DNA of 64,000 nucleotides from Ranitomeya imitator (taxonomy: Eukaryota): contig NC_091283.1 of NCBI RefSeq assembly GCF_032444005.1, forward strand, positions 492,218,001 to 492,282,000, written 5' to 3'. Position numbers and translations under genes: made by a program. The notes below the pieces were generated by a model. The model worked only from the letters and a program-made list of their open reading frames with translations, ran no database searches and was not told where the DNA came from. The number at the start of each line of letters is the position of its first letter. Position 1 is the stretch's first letter. Shown here piece after piece: positions 1 to 13,084 of the stretch.

Positions 1-148
1 CAGCGAGAACGATAAGTACGTCACTGGATCGCTCCTGCATCGTCCCTCTGTTGCCGTGTTTGATGTCTCTATAGCGACCTAACAGCGACGCTATAGCGAT
101 CCTCTCGTTGTCTATATCGCTGCAGCGTCGCTTAATGTGACGGTACCT
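1..148. mobile_element. Right arm of a PIF/Harbinger-type palindromic MITE, cut by the window edge
   Basis: Ends ...ATGTGACGGTACCT followed by TTA; nearly identical to the reverse complement of the TIR AGGTACCGTCACAC of the complete TTA-flanked copy at 41867-42599. Confidence 0.8.
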
Positions 149-694
149 TTACTTCTAGCCTTGCTTTGTACTTATCTGTCCACCCTCCAGGAGACAGAAT
201 ATCCTGGTCCCTGTGTCTTTGTTCCTGTACCTTGTTTCGTACCATTACCTTGTCTGTACTCTGTCCTACCTCTGTCTCCTTGTCTGTGGCTTCTTTCCCT
301 GCTGTGTCTTTCCTTGTGTCCTCACTGTTTGCCTGTGTTCCTTACTCTTGCAGCTTTGCTTAACAGCATTTGATTATATTAGATCATGGGTTTTTTTTAT
401 GCTTTCCATTGTGGGGGCATCATTTGAACGTGGGGGGTGGGGTCTTCAGCATTTCTTGGCATCTTCGTGCATGTTACTGTATAATGTTAATGAATTTCAC
501 TTTTTAGTATGGACTATTCATGAAATAAACTTTGATATTTATTGTTCATCGATGCTCCGTATTTTCTCCTTTTTCATATGAATATAATCTCTGTATAAAG
601 ACCAACATGGCTATTATCGCCATATGGTCAGTGGTAGATACCAGCCCTACAGAACATATAAGAGATCACAGCACAGTTACAGATGATGACTTAC

Positions 695-786
695 CGCTGA
701 TGTTCTTTCTGCTGGAATCGTTCACTTTTCCCGTCTTTTCCATCTGGCCCAGACCGACATGATGACTTCTTCCAGCCAGGACTCGT
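695..786 (-). CDS. Candidate internal exon of an unidentified host gene (92 bp)
   Basis: Minus strand: pyrimidine-rich acceptor TCTTTGTTGTATTCTCTGCAG and consensus donor G|GTAAGT. Two frames are open; one reads RVLAGRSHHVGLGQMEKTGKVNDSSRKNIS. Lies in non-repetitive sequence. Protein not recognised. Confidence 0.4.
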
Positions 787-974
787 CTGCAGAGAATACA
801 ACAAAGACACATTTCACTTCTCATATTCCAGCTATCACCATCTATTCCCCACCTGTACAAACCTCTTTTCCTGTTGATATCCCAATAATGAGTCGCTGCT
901 GCCGTATGTGTCTCTATTACTGCACCTACTGTGTGGTTCACTGTGCCTTCTAAATTCTATAGCAACCCTCTATA

Positions 975-2615
975 ACATAGTAATGCCGGGTGCAAGTGCC
1001 CTAGAAAACAGTGCCCATATTTTGCCCCCTAGAAAGTAATAATGCCCTCTGTGTGCCCCTTTGATAGTAACAGTAACCTGAGTTCCCCTATAACAATAAG
1101 TGCTCACTTTACATTAAATAATGTCCCAAGTCTCCCCCCATACAGCTCCCCTATACACAGCATGATGCTCTTTTATACACTGTATAATGCCCCTCACTGC
1201 ATAGTACCACCCACACAGTATACTGACTCATTAGTAGCCCCCAAACTGTTTGATGGCTCCAACACTGTATGATGGCCCCTTCACTGTAATCCCCACACTG
1301 TACGATGGCCCCCTAGATAGTATCCATATAGTATAATCCACCATATAGTCCTAAATGTAGTATAATGCACTCCCCATAAGCTTCCATATAGTATAATGCA
1401 CTCCCCATAGGTCTACTATATATTTTATAATGCACCCCCATAGGCAGACTCTATACCACAAGGCAGCCCCATAGGCAAACTCTATACTGTATAATGCATC
1501 CCCCATAGGCAGACTCTATTGAACAAGGCAGCACCCATAGGCAGACTCTGTAGTATCAGGCAGCACCTCATAGGCAGACCCTGTTGTATTAAGCAGCACC
1601 CCCATAGGTAGACCCTGTAGTATAAGACAGCACCCCTATAGGCAGACCCTGTAATATAAGTCAGCACCCCATAGGCAGACCCTGTAGTATAAGGCAGCAC
1701 CCCAATAGGCAGACCCTGTAATGTAAGGCAGCACCCCTATAGGCAGACCCTGTAATATAAGGCAACACCCTATAGGCAGACCCTGTAATATAAGGCAGCA
1801 CCCCATAGGCAGATCCTGTAGTATAAGGCAGCACCCCCATAGGCAGACCCTGTAGTATAAGGCAGCACCCCCATAGGCAGACCCTGTAGTATAAGGCAGC
1901 ACCCCTATATGCAGATTCTGTAGTGTAGATTCTGTAGTATAAGGCAGCAACCCCATAGGCAGACCCTGTAATATAAGGCAGCACCCCTATAGGCAGACCC
2001 TGTAATATAAGGCAGCAACCCCATAGGCGGACCCTGTAGTATAAGGCAGCACCCCATAGGCAAACCCTGTAATATAAGGCAGCACCCCTATAGGCAGACC
2101 CTGTAGTAAAAGGCAGCACCCCCATAGGCAGACCCTGTAGTATAAGGCAGCACCCCTATAGGCAGACCCTGTAATATAAGGCAGCACCCCTATAGGCAGA
2201 CCCTGTAATATAAGGCAGCATCACCATGGGCAGACCCTGTAGTATAAGGCAGCACCCGTAAAAAATAAATAAATACCTCTCTTCCTCCGCAGCTCTTAGC
2301 GCCCGCTCATCTCCTAGCCCGCTGGCTAGTGACGTCATCACGCCCCCTGTCAGTGTCTGCGTCGGTGACGTCAGATGCTGAGAGGGGGATGATTGGAGAA
2401 GGAGTGTAGCGCTCCTTCTCCCATCAATACGATCAGCTGTATCAGCTAAATGCCAGTACAGCTGACCTTCCGATGACGGGCGGGGCCCTCTGCTGGCACC
2501 GGGGCCCCTCCACTGCTCAGGGGCCCCATAACGGCCAGTCAGCAGAGCAGGGAGATCGATTCTCCCTGCTCTGCCGCAGAATGTAACTGTATCGGCACAC
2601 AGTTTCATTTCCAAA
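975..2615. mobile_element. Non-autonomous element with internal minisatellite, copy 1 (boundaries approximate)
   Basis: Shares its left block (CCTTTGATAGTAACAGTAACCTG...CCCCTATAACAATAAGTG), a minisatellite and its right block (GGCACCGGG...GGGCCCCATA...CTCTGCC) with 2931-4093. Confidence 0.6.
1425..2258. repeat. Minisatellite, about 31-32-bp unit (GGCAGCACCCCCATAGGCAGACCCTGTAGTATAA)
   Basis: Directly visible tandem units; explains the repetitive ORFs 1482-2187. Confidence 0.95.
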
Positions 2616-2619
2616 GCAG

Positions 2620-2930
2620 CACCAGACAAGCCCACAATGGGATTTCAGTATTTATCAACTTTTCACTACTCTACCCTTCCTTGAATCTCTGTTATAAGGT
2701 TTGATAAAGACCAGGGACATAGTTGAAACGTTACCTTATGGAATAGTTTGCATTTCTCCACTGCGGTGAAGCAATTTTCTTTATTTGATGATTGAAATAA
2801 ATCCTTTTTTTGCAAATTATCTGAGACTCTGTGTGCGACTGTTTATCCTCTGGATTATCGTCAGTGGAATATTTTCACATTCAGTCAGCACCTCCTAAGC
2901 TAAAGTGCGCGTCTTTCCTTCTTTTTTACT
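2620..2930 (+). mobile_element. Penelope-like pseudo-LTR/3' fragment
   Basis: Hammerhead-like motif followed by AATAAA near 2796; same layout as the Penelope termini at 4.7 and 20.9 kb. Confidence 0.55.
2694..2739 (+). ncRNA. Minimal type I hammerhead-ribozyme-like motif (U3-A8 variant)
   Basis: ATAAGGT-TTGATAA-A-GAC(loop)GTT-GAAA-CG-TT-ACCTTAT; 7-bp stem I ATAAGGT/ACCTTAT. Confidence 0.6.
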
Positions 2931-4093
2931 GTACGCCTTTGACAGTCACAGTAACCTGAAGGTTCCCCTATAACAATAAGTGCCCACTTTACATTTAATA
3001 ATGTTCAAAGTCTCCCCCCTCTACACAATATGATGCTCTCTTCTACAGTCTAATGCCCCCTCACTACATACTGTATATATACTGACCCCCTAGTATCCCC
3101 CAAACTGTTTGAAAGCTCTAACACTAATCTCCACACTGTATGATGGCCCCCTAGATAGCCTCTATATACTATAACGCACCAGGCAATCCTCAATATAGTA
3201 TAATGCACTCCTCATAAGCCTCCATATAATATAATGCACTCCCCATAGGCAGACTCTATAGCATAATGCACTCCCCATAGGCAGCCTGTATAGTACTATG
3301 CACCCCAATAGGCAGGCTGTATAGTATATTGCACCCCCATAGGCAGCCTATATAGTATAAAGCACCCCCATAGGCAGCCTGTATAGTATATTGCACCCCC
3401 ATAGGCAGCCTGTATAGTATAATACATTCCCATAGGCAGTCTGTATAGTATATTGCACCCCCATCCATAGGCAGCCTGTATAGTATATTGCACTCCCATA
3501 GGCAGCCTGTATAGTATATTGCACCCCCATAGGCAGCCTGTATAGTATATTGCACTCTCATCCATAGGCAGCCTGTATAGTATATTGCACCCCCATAGGC
3601 AGCCTGTATAGTTTAATGCACCCTCATAAGCAGCCTGTATAACATGATACACCTCCATAAAAATATATCTAATAGTCACCTCTCTTCCCCCTGGTTCCTG
3701 CACCACTCTGAGTGCCTGCACTTCTCCAGACCGCGAGCACCAGGTAGTGACATCATCCCAAATCCCCTGTCAGTGTCGGCGTCTGTGACATCGCTCCTTT
3801 TCTCATCAATGCAGTCAGCTGTATCGGCTAGATGCCGATACAGTTAAACCTGCAATTTCGGGCTGGGGGGGGGGTCACTGCTGGCACCGGGCCCCCCACT
3901 GCCGGCTCAAGGGCCCCATAGCGGCTGGGCAGAAGAGCAGGGAGATTGATTCTGCCTGCTCTGCCACAGAATGTAACTATTGTCACACTGTGCACGCCGA
4001 TGTAGTTACAGTAGAGTAGCTCTGGGTGGGCCCCATCAGATCGCTGGGCCCGGGGCGATGGCCCTCTCGGCCCCCCCGGTAGCTACGCTACTG
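2931..4093. mobile_element. Non-autonomous hAT-like element with internal minisatellite, copy 2
   Basis: Right terminus GTAGCTACGCTACTG (reverse complement CAGTAGCGTAGCTAC, a CAG-type hAT end); paralogous to 975-2615. Left TIR and TSD not found. Confidence 0.6.
3230..3640. repeat. Minisatellite, about 31-bp unit (TATAGTATATTGCACCCCCATAGGCAGCCTG)
   Basis: Visible tandem units related to the 1425-2258 array. Confidence 0.9.
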
Positions 4094-4334
4094 CTAAGCA
4101 GTGAATGCAAGGGCTGACAAAATTTTGGACATTTACCCCTGGGGGGTATACATGAACATACTGTATAACCATTTTTTCATGGGCATCATAAACACCCTTT
4201 AAAAAAATTATGTGAGTGTTGCATCGTGGGCCACGGTCACCATGGTGATATGGTGGTGGAAGATGAGGAGAAGGAGGAGGACAACAGCAAATAGCCAAAA
4301 TCAGGAAGAGTATACCCATGTGTGGGTGTGAAGA
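4094..4334 (-). mobile_element. hAT element A, 3' non-coding part, separated from 28350-30360 by insertion of hAT B
   Basis: GTGAAGA at 4328-4334 recurs at 28350-28356, the remnant of an 8-bp TSD. Continuity of the two flanks is inferred. Confidence 0.5.
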
Positions 4335-4695
4335 TGTTGAGCCACCTCCCTAGTGTTTGGGTTCAGTTCGTCGAACAGGGACGTGTTCAACAAATGTTCG
4401 TCGAACGTTCGACGAACACCGTCGAACTCCATTGAAACCAATGGCAGGCAAAAACAAACACATACAAACAAATAGAAAACACATAGAAAACACCTTAAAA
4501 GGTGTCCAAAAGCTGACAAACTGCTCAGAAGACACAACACATGGAAAAGTCACAACTACATATAGTCATGCGAAAAGAAAAGAGGTGGAGGAGTAAAAGG
4601 AGGAGGAGACACAGATATAGGTATAAAAGAAGAAGGAGCAGCATCCATACCAGGTGAATAGTATCCAAAACGATCTTTATTCTGCCATCATAGAA

Positions 4696-4732
4696 ATACA
4701 ACGTTTCGGCCGGAGTGGCCTTTGTCAAGTAT
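4696..4732 (-). ncRNA. Minimal hammerhead-like motif in the Penelope pseudo-LTR (U3-A8 variant)
   Basis: Minus strand: ATAC-TTGACAA-A-GGCC-ACTCC-GGCC-GAAA-CG-TT-GTAT. Confidence 0.65.
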
Positions 4733-5649
4733 ACAATGTATCACATGTGGCCATCTTAAATAGTGTGGAGCCTATGTAGGCACCAATCACCATCAAGGGG
4801 CGCCTTTATTAAATCACCATAAAATCACATAATACGTGCTCATACTTCACACATCATAAAATACTGATAATCTAGCAATTGATTACAGCTATATCACATA
4901 AATACTATCTATATAATAAAAGAAAAAACATGAGGAACATGACATCAGATCGCTGCCCCAATCGTAACTTTTGCTGTTCCGTTGTCATGGAAATATTTCC
5001 ACCAATCGCCAGCTGTTATTTATGTCCACATATAATTTGTCCAATCGCTGTTTGCTAAAAATAAAGACGCAAGAACCGTCTGCAGCCAATCATCACACAC
5101 CCATGAGAAGGTGTCCGTCTGCCTTAGAACGCCCGCGCATGCGCACAGAGCACACCATAGAGGCGATCATGTGACCACCTCAGAGGTGCAGCACATAGCG
5201 CACGCGCCGAACAGTACAGGCTAAACGTCATCGCTGAAGACACCAAGCATAGAGAGCAATCACATGACCAGCACGGAGATGCTGGAGCTAATGAACGCCC
5301 GCATCCCCAGCACACCCACGTGACGCAACAAGCCTGCGCTCACAGGGAGGACGCGGACATAGCCAAATCCATGGCAACAACCCTCTACATACATAGGATA
5401 GATCAATCACAAGGCGATTTGGCAGACAAGGATCAAAGGGAGGAAAATCCATTAAGGCTTGAGAGTAAGGAAAAGGGAGAAGGAAAAAATCCCCCATGTC
5501 CTCCATATGTCCCTTGGATGTCAAATCCCAAGTATACTGCAAGAGAGAAAAAAAGACAAAGAAAAATAAAAATAAAACATTACATCAGCACATAATTAAA
5601 AATTACACAGATATGGATGCACCATAGGAGCAAAAAAAGGGGGGGAAAA

Positions 5650-6848
5650 TCAGGACATACATATTTGCAAGTTATAATCAACATTTAGCCCTTTAGGCTG
5701 TAGTGTCTCTAATACTGAGATCCACCTCAACTCCTTCTGTTTAAGTTTTAGTGTCCTGTCACCCCCTCTCCTCAAAATAGGGACCCCATCTATGACCCTA
5801 AAGCGCAATTGGTTAATAGAGTGCCTGCATTCACTGAAATGTTTTGGAATTGGTAATGCATGTAAATTTGTTCTTATTGTACTCTTATGTTTACTTATTC
5901 GTGCTCTCACCTCCATAGTTGTTTTGCCAACGTACATAAGTCCACACGGACACACTATTAAATAAATAACAAATTTAGAAGAGCATGTGTAACGTTCTCT
6001 TATCAAAATTTTTTTACCGGTTCGAGGGTGGTAAAAACTGTCACCCTTTAGCATATTGCCGCAGCAGGCACAGTTAAGATAGGGAAAGTTGCCCATCCGA
6101 GGTGGACACAATGTCCTCTGGATGGCAACCTTGCCCGTCCCAACATCTGATTTCACCAATCAATCTCTAAGATTACATCCCCGTCTATATGAAAGGATGG
6201 GACTTGAACAAAAATCTTGAATATGAGGCATACCTTTCTGCAATATCCCCCAGTGCCTATTCAGAATATTGGCAATGCCATTGCTGGCCGGACAATATGT
6301 GGAGACAAATGGTACGCATTTCTGTTTGACCTTTGCTCTATGGTTTTGCAGATCATCATCAGATAATTTAATTACTTTGTCCCTATGGCCCATCAGTTTC
6401 ACTTTAGGATACCCCCAATGAATGAATTTCTCACACATTTCGTCCAATCTTATGTCACAGACCTCAGTGTCTGTGACAATCCTACGTACCCGAACTAGTT
6501 GACTCCACGGCAATGAGTCCATCATCCTTCTTGGGTGGTAACTATCATAGCACAAAAGACTATTCCTGTCAGTCACCTTTGTGAACAAATCAGTACAAAG
6601 ATTGTCGCCTCGTTTATAAACCATAGTGTACAAAAATTGTACCCTATCTATTGAATATGTCATAGTAAACTTCAATTCAGGGTGTATATTATTAAGTTCT
6701 GCCAGAAACTCAAAAAGGTCCTCCTGGGTCCCCTCCCATATGCAAAAGATGTCGTCGATGTAGCGCCACCAGGCCCGGACGTGGCGCCAGAAGATGGATC
6801 TGTACACAGGTTGGTCCTTGAGTACCGCCATATAGATGTTAGCATACG
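5650..6848 (-). pseudogene. Penelope-like ORF, C-terminal half: RT (WWRYIDDIF), Cys-rich linker, GIY-YIG endonuclease
   Basis: RT YIDD motif; LNCACC linker (Neptune-type, inferred); VIYLIVCPCGLMYVGKT GIY-YIG; C-terminal GLN motif; in-frame TGA at 6160-6162. Confidence 0.9.
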
Positions 6849-7043
6849 CAGTGTTGGACTGGGGTGCCTAGGGCCCACCAGTGGAACCGACTCCAGGGGC
6901 CCACTCTAAATTTCAGCACCCAGGCTAATTACACCTTTGTGTTGTAGTATTTTTTAGGAGGCTCAGTAGTAAGTTTCATCATATTCACTAGAACAGGTAC
7001 AACATGCTGCACATTTGTTTCTGCTAAAAAGATGGACACTCTA

Positions 7044-8215
7044 AGGGTATGTTTCCACGGTCAGGAAATGCTGCATGTTTGACGCTGCGTAGAGCCACAG
7101 CGTCAAACACGCAGCGTTCAGATGTTACAGCATAGTGGACGGGATTTCCTGAAATCCAGTCTCCACTATGCGGTAAAACACGCAGGCGGCAGACCCGCAG
7201 AAACAGACATGCGGCGCGTCGTTCCAGAACGCAGCATGTCTGTTTACAATGTGGCGACGCTCCATTGCCGCACCGTAAATTTACCATAGACTGTCATTAG
7301 ATGCAGTAAAACCACATCTAATGATTAGTCACATGCGTAATAACTGCGTAAACGCAGCTTACTACGCATGTCTACTAATTTAAGTAAGGTCTTACCTGTC
7401 CCGCCGCCGGAAGTCCGGCGTTCACTGCAGTTCTCGCGATAACTTAGCTTACCGCGAAAACTACTGTGCAAGTGACCGGGGGTTATCTCCGGTCACTAGT
7501 CTGGTTCTCACGATCAACTGATTGTGAGAACTTTGCAGTGTAAGAGATCGCTGGAGAGTTATCTCCGGTGATCATCTACAAGCTCTGCTATGTCTGGATG
7601 TCAGGCATCCAGGTGTAGCAGAGCTGAACTCGTCATGGGACACTCGTTATTAAGGACTACGACTAATCAGGGAGTATACTGTTGGTTTATTTATTTTTTT
7701 CAGAAGATCGATGGCTTCGCTTGGATTACCAGTATAATAAAGATGACAAAACTGTGGTGGTTTATTTCATTAAAATACTTTGTTCTGCATGTGGGTGTTT
7801 TATTAATCCTTTCACAACTATAGGATTATTAATGGATAGGTGTCTTACTGATGCCTCTCCATTACTAAGCCGGCTTAATGTCACCTTACAAAGGTGACAT
7901 TAACCCTTATTACCCCATATGCCACCTCTACAGGGCAAGTGGGATGAGAGAAGCTAAGTACTGGAATTGGTGCATCTTACAGATGCGCCATTTCTGGGGC
8001 GGCTGGGGGCTGGTATAAACCCATGCTCCCTTCCTAGGCTATGAATATCAGCCCGTAGCTGTCTGCGTAGCCTTTTTGGCTATAAATTATTGTTGGATCC
8101 CACGTCATTTTTGGGGAGGGGGGTCCCCCTATTTTAATAGCCAGTAAAGACTAAATATACAGCTGCGGGCTGATATTCGTAGCCTGGGAAGATCCATGGG
8201 TATTAACCATGCGTA
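7044..8215. mobile_element. Harbinger-type non-autonomous element; left end present, right end missing
   Basis: TA-AGGGTATGTTTCCAC start; the internal blocks (GTCACC..ACAAAGGTGACAT, CCTTCCTAGGCTA..AATATCAGCCC) recur at 60.4-61.2 kb. Confidence 0.5.
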
Positions 8216-8224
8216 GGCGTGTAC

Positions 8225-8366
8225 TACGGAGGACAGAGAATGAACTTCAATCCAATGTTGCGGCCAGCATGCAGCCAGCGGGTAAGGAAAGGGTGAATCA
8301 AACACCTGAAAACTCCGCCCATATGACCGAAAACCGGTCCCGCCAAATTCAGGTGACAGGTTCCCT
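8225..8366. mobile_element. Right end of a T2/Kolobok-type MITE
   Basis: ...GGTGACAGGTTCCCT followed by TTAA (reverse complement TTAA-AGGGAACCTGTCACC). Confidence 0.6.
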
Positions 8367-8431
8367 TTAATGTATTTAATTGATTCTGTCCATTGCCATT
8401 TTTCTCTATTTTTAAGTGATCCATTTCTTTA

Positions 8432-8822
8432 AGGCTATGGTCACACTATTGCTATGTGCACACGATGCGGATTTGCTGCGGATCCGCAGCAAATTTTTCC
8501 GCGCAGAAAACGCTGCAGATCTGCACTGTGATGTACAGTACAATGTAAATCAATGGGATAAAAAAATAGCTGTGCACATGGTGTGGAAAAATCAGTGCCG
8601 AATTGCTGCGGATTTCAAAGAAGTGCATGTCACTTCTTTTGTGCAGATCTGCAGCGTTTCTGCACCTCTCCATGATAGAAATCTGCAGTGGCAAAAACCG
8701 CACAAAATCTGCACAAAATCCGCATAAAAACCGCGACAAATCCGCAGCTGCGGATTCTGCCAGGAGATGCGGATTTTGTGCAGAAAATTCTGCACCTCTT
8801 TTCCTACGTGTTCACATAGCCT
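8432..8822. mobile_element. Harbinger-type MITE with TGCGGAT/ATCCGCA repeats
   Basis: TIRs AGGCTATGGTCACAC / GTGTTCACATAGCCT; TA-rich flanks; internally palindromic. Confidence 0.75.
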
Positions 8823-9959
8823 TACAGTATTTTATGTCAGTATTTGGCAGCCAAAACCAGGAGTGGGTAAAAAATACAGAAGTGGTGACGTATTTCTATA
8901 AGGCTGGGTTCACACTGCGTTGTGTGAACCCGTTTAACGGACTACGTTACACCGCGGCATAACGCGGTGTAACGTAGTTCGTTAACATCACCATTACTTT
9001 CAATGGCGGACGCATCGCTAGCGCACGCCGTCGTTGAGTGACGGACCTGAGACGCGGGCTGCAGCGTTTCAGGGTCCGTCACTGCTAGCGCAGATGGAGC
9101 TAGCAGATGCTCAATCTGCGCTAGCGCAGTGCCAAAGTCGGCACTTGCGTTAGTGCAGTCCGGATTTGTTGAACGGACAGTTCAAGTTTACAGTGGGTGT
9201 TTTTGCTGTGTTTTTTTCTGCAGCAAAACCCAAGTGCTTGGCAGGAAAGAAGCTGTGGCAAAAACGCAGGTTTTGCTACATTTTTGGTGTGTTTTTTTCC
9301 ATTCAATTGCTAAAAGCAGTGATATGCTCTGCATCCAAAAAAAACAAGCAAAGCACAAAATACTGATAATAAATAAACCAGTGTGTGTGCATGAGAGTTC
9401 TGAAATCTCATAGGCTTTGCTGGTACTGTAAAACGCAGCTGAAAATTAGCATAAAAAAATGCATTAACCCCTTCATGACCCAGCCTATTTTGACCTTAAA
9501 GACCTTGCCGTTTTTTGCAATTCTGACCAGTGTCCCTTCATGAGGTAATAACTCAGGAACGCTTCAACGGACCCTAGCGGTTCTGAGATTGTTTTTTCGT
9601 GACATATTGGGCTTCATGTTAGTGGTAAATTTAGGTCAATAAATTCTGTGTTTATTTGTGATAAAAACGGAAATTTGGCGAAAATTTTGAAAATTTCGCA
9701 ATTTTCACATTTTGAATTTTTATTCTGTTAAACCAGAGTTATGTGACACAAAATAGTTAATAAATAACATTTCCCACACGTCTACTTTACATCAGCACAA
9801 TTTTGGAAACAAAATTTTTTTTTGCTAGGAAGTTATAAGGGTTATAAGGGTTAAAATTTGACCAGCAATTTCTCATTTTTACAACGAAATTTACAAAACC
9901 ATTTTTTTTAGGGACCACCTCACATTTGAAGTCAGTTTGAGGGGTCTATATGGCTGAAC

Positions 9960-12900
9960 ATACCCAAAAGTGACACCATTCCAAAAACTGCACCCCTCAA
10001 GGTGCACAAAACCACATTCCAGAAGTTTATTAACCCTTCAAGTGCTTCACAGCAGCAGAAGCAACATGGAAGGAAAAAATGAACATTTAACTTTTTAGTC
10101 ACAAAAATGATCTTTCAGCAACAATTTTTTTATTTTCCCAATGGTAAAAAGAGAAACTGAACCACGAAAGTTGTTGTGCAATTTGTCCTGAGTACGCTGA
10201 TACCTCATATGTGGGGCTAAACCACTGTTTGGGCGCACGGCAGGGCTTGGAAGGGAAGGAGCGCCATTTGACTTTTTGAATGAAAAATTGGCTGCACTCT
10301 TTAGCGGACACCATGTCACGTTTGGAGAGCCCCTGTGTGCCTAAAAATTGGAGCTCCCCCACAAGTGACCCCATTTTGGAAACTAGACGCCCCAAGGAAC
10401 TTATCTAGATGCATAGTGAGCCCTTTAAACCCCCAGGTGCTTCACAAATTGATCTGTAAAAATGAAAAAGTACTTTTTTTTTCACAAAAAAATTCTTTTA
10501 GCCTCAATTTTTTCATTTTCACATGGACAACAGGATAAAATGGATCCTAAAATTTGTTTGGCAATTTCTCCTGAGTACACCGATACCTCACATGTGGGGG
10601 TAAACCACTGTTTGGGCACATGGTAAGGCTCGGAAGGGAAGGAGCGCCATTTGACTTTTTGAATGAAAAATTATCTCCATTGTTAGCGGACACCATGTCG
10701 GGTTTGGAGAGACCCTGTGTGCTTAAACATTGGATCTCCCCCACAAGTGACCCCATTTTGGAAACTGGACCCCCCAATGAACTTATCTAGATGCCTAGTG
10801 AGCACTTTAAACCCTCAGGTGCTTCACAAATTGATCCGTAAAAATGAAAAAGTACTTTTTTTTCACAAAAAATTTCTTTTCGCCTCAATTTTTTCATTTT
10901 CACATGGGCAATAGGATAAAATGGATCCTAAAATTTGTTGAGCAATTTCTCCCGAGTACGCCGATACCTCATATGTGGCGGTAAACCACTGTTTGGGCAC
11001 AAGGCAGGGCTCGGAAGGGAAGGCTCGCCTTTTGACTTTTTGAATGGAAAATTAGCTCCAATTGTTAGCGGACACCATGTCGCATTTGGAGCGCCCCTGT
11101 GTGCCTATACAATGGAGCTCCCCCACAAGTGACCCCATTTTGGAAACTAGACCCCCCAAAGAACTTATCTAGATGCATACTGAGCACTTTAAACCCCCAG
11201 GTGCTTCACAGAAGTTTATAATGCAGAGCCATGAAAATAAAAATAATTTTTCTTTTCTCAAAAATGATTTTTTAGCCTGGAATTTCCTATTTTGCCAATG
11301 GTAATAGGAGAAATTGGACCACAAATGTTGTTGTCCAGTTTGTCCTGAGTACGCAGATACCCCATATGTGGGGGTAAACCACTGTTTGGGCGCACGGCAG
11401 GGCTCAGAAGGGAAGGCACGCCATTTGGCTTTTTAAATGGAAAATTAGCTCCAATCATTAGCGGACACCATGTCGCGTTTGGAGAGCCCCTGTGTGCCTA
11501 AACATTGGAGATCCCCCACAAATGACCCCATTTTGGAAACTAGACCCCCAAAGGAACTAATCTAGATGTGTGGTGGGCACTTTGAACCCTCAAGTGCTTC
11601 ACAGAAGTTTATAACGCAGAGCCATGAAAAAAAAAAAAAAATTATTTTCTCAAAAATGATTTTTTAGCCCGCAATTTTTTATTTTCCCAAGGGTAACAGG
11701 AGAAATTTGATCCCAAAAGTTGTTGTCCAGTTTCTCCTGAGTATGATGATACCCCATATGTGGGGGTAAACCACTGTTTAGGCACATGCTGGGGCTCGGA
11801 AGTGAAGTAGTGACGTTTTGAAATGCAGACTTTGATGGAATGCTCTGCGGGCGTCACGTTGCGTTTGCAGAGCCCCTGATGTGGCTAAACAGTAGAAACC
11901 CCCCACAAGTGACCCCATTTTGGAAACTAGACCCCGAAAGGAACTTATCTAGATGTGAGGTGAGCACTTTGAACCCCCAAGTGCTTCACAGAAGTTCATA
12001 ACACAGAGCAGTGAAAATAATAAATACGTTTTCTTTCCTCAAAAATAATTTTTTAGCCCAGAATTTTTTAATTTTCCCAAGGGTAACAGGAGAAATTTGA
12101 CCCCAATATTTGTTGTCCAGTTTCTCCTGAGTACGATGATACCCCATATGTCGGGGTAAACTATTATTTGGGCACTTGCCGGGGCTCGGAAGTGAAGTAG
12201 TGACGTTTTGAAATACAGACTTTGATGGAATGCTCTACGGGCGTCACGTTGCGTTTGCAGAGCCCCTGATGTGACTAAACAGTAGAAACCCCCCACAAGT
12301 GACCCCATTTCGGAAACTAGACCCCGAAATGAAATTATCTAGATATGTGGTGAGCACTTTCAACCCCCAAGTGCTTCACAGAAGTTTATAACGCAGAGCC
12401 GTGAAAATAATAAATACGTTTTCTTTCCTCAAAAATAATTTTTTAGCCCAGAATTTTTAATTTTCCCAAGGGTTACAGGAGAAATTGGACCCCAAAAGTT
12501 GTTGTCCATTTTCTCCTGAGTACGCTGATACCCCATGTGTGGGGGTAAACCACTGTTTGGGCACATGTCGGGGCTCAGAAGGGAAGTAGTGACTTTTGAA
12601 ATGCAGACTTTGATGGAATGGTCTGCGGACGTCACGTTGCGTTTGCAGAGCCCCTGGTGTGCCTAAACAGTAGAAACCCCCCACAAGTGACCCCATTTTG
12701 GAAACTAGACCCCCCAAGGAACTTATCTAGATATGTGGTGAGCACTTTGAACCCCCAAGTGCTTCACAGATGTTTACAACGCAGAGCCGTGAAAATAAAA
12801 AATCATTTTTCTTTCCTCAAAAATGATGTTTTAGCAAGCAATTTTTTATTTTCTCAAGGGCAACAGGAGAAATTGGACCCCAGTAATTGTTGCGCAGTTT

Positions 12901-13080
12901 GTCCTGAGTATGCTGGTACCCCATATGTGGGGGTAAACCACTGTTTGGGCACACGTCGGGGCTCGGAAGTGAGGGAGCACCATTTGACTTTTTGAATACA
13001 AGATTGGCTGGAATCAATGGTGGCGCCATGTTGCGTTTGGAGACCCCCTGATGTGCCTAAACAGTGGAAACCCCTCAATT
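9960..13080. repeat. Tandem array of about 385-bp units (about 8 copies)
   Basis: Anchor GTGACCCCATTTTGGAAACT recurs near 10366, 10748, 11129, 11523, 11910, 12300, 12688. Confidence 0.9.
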
Positions 13081-13084
13081 CTAA

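Noticed and set aside
1482-3721. Repetitive ORFs (GVLPYTTGSAY..., GVQYTIQAAY...) as repeat proteins
   Set aside because: They are translations of 31-32-bp minisatellites that cycle through all three frames.
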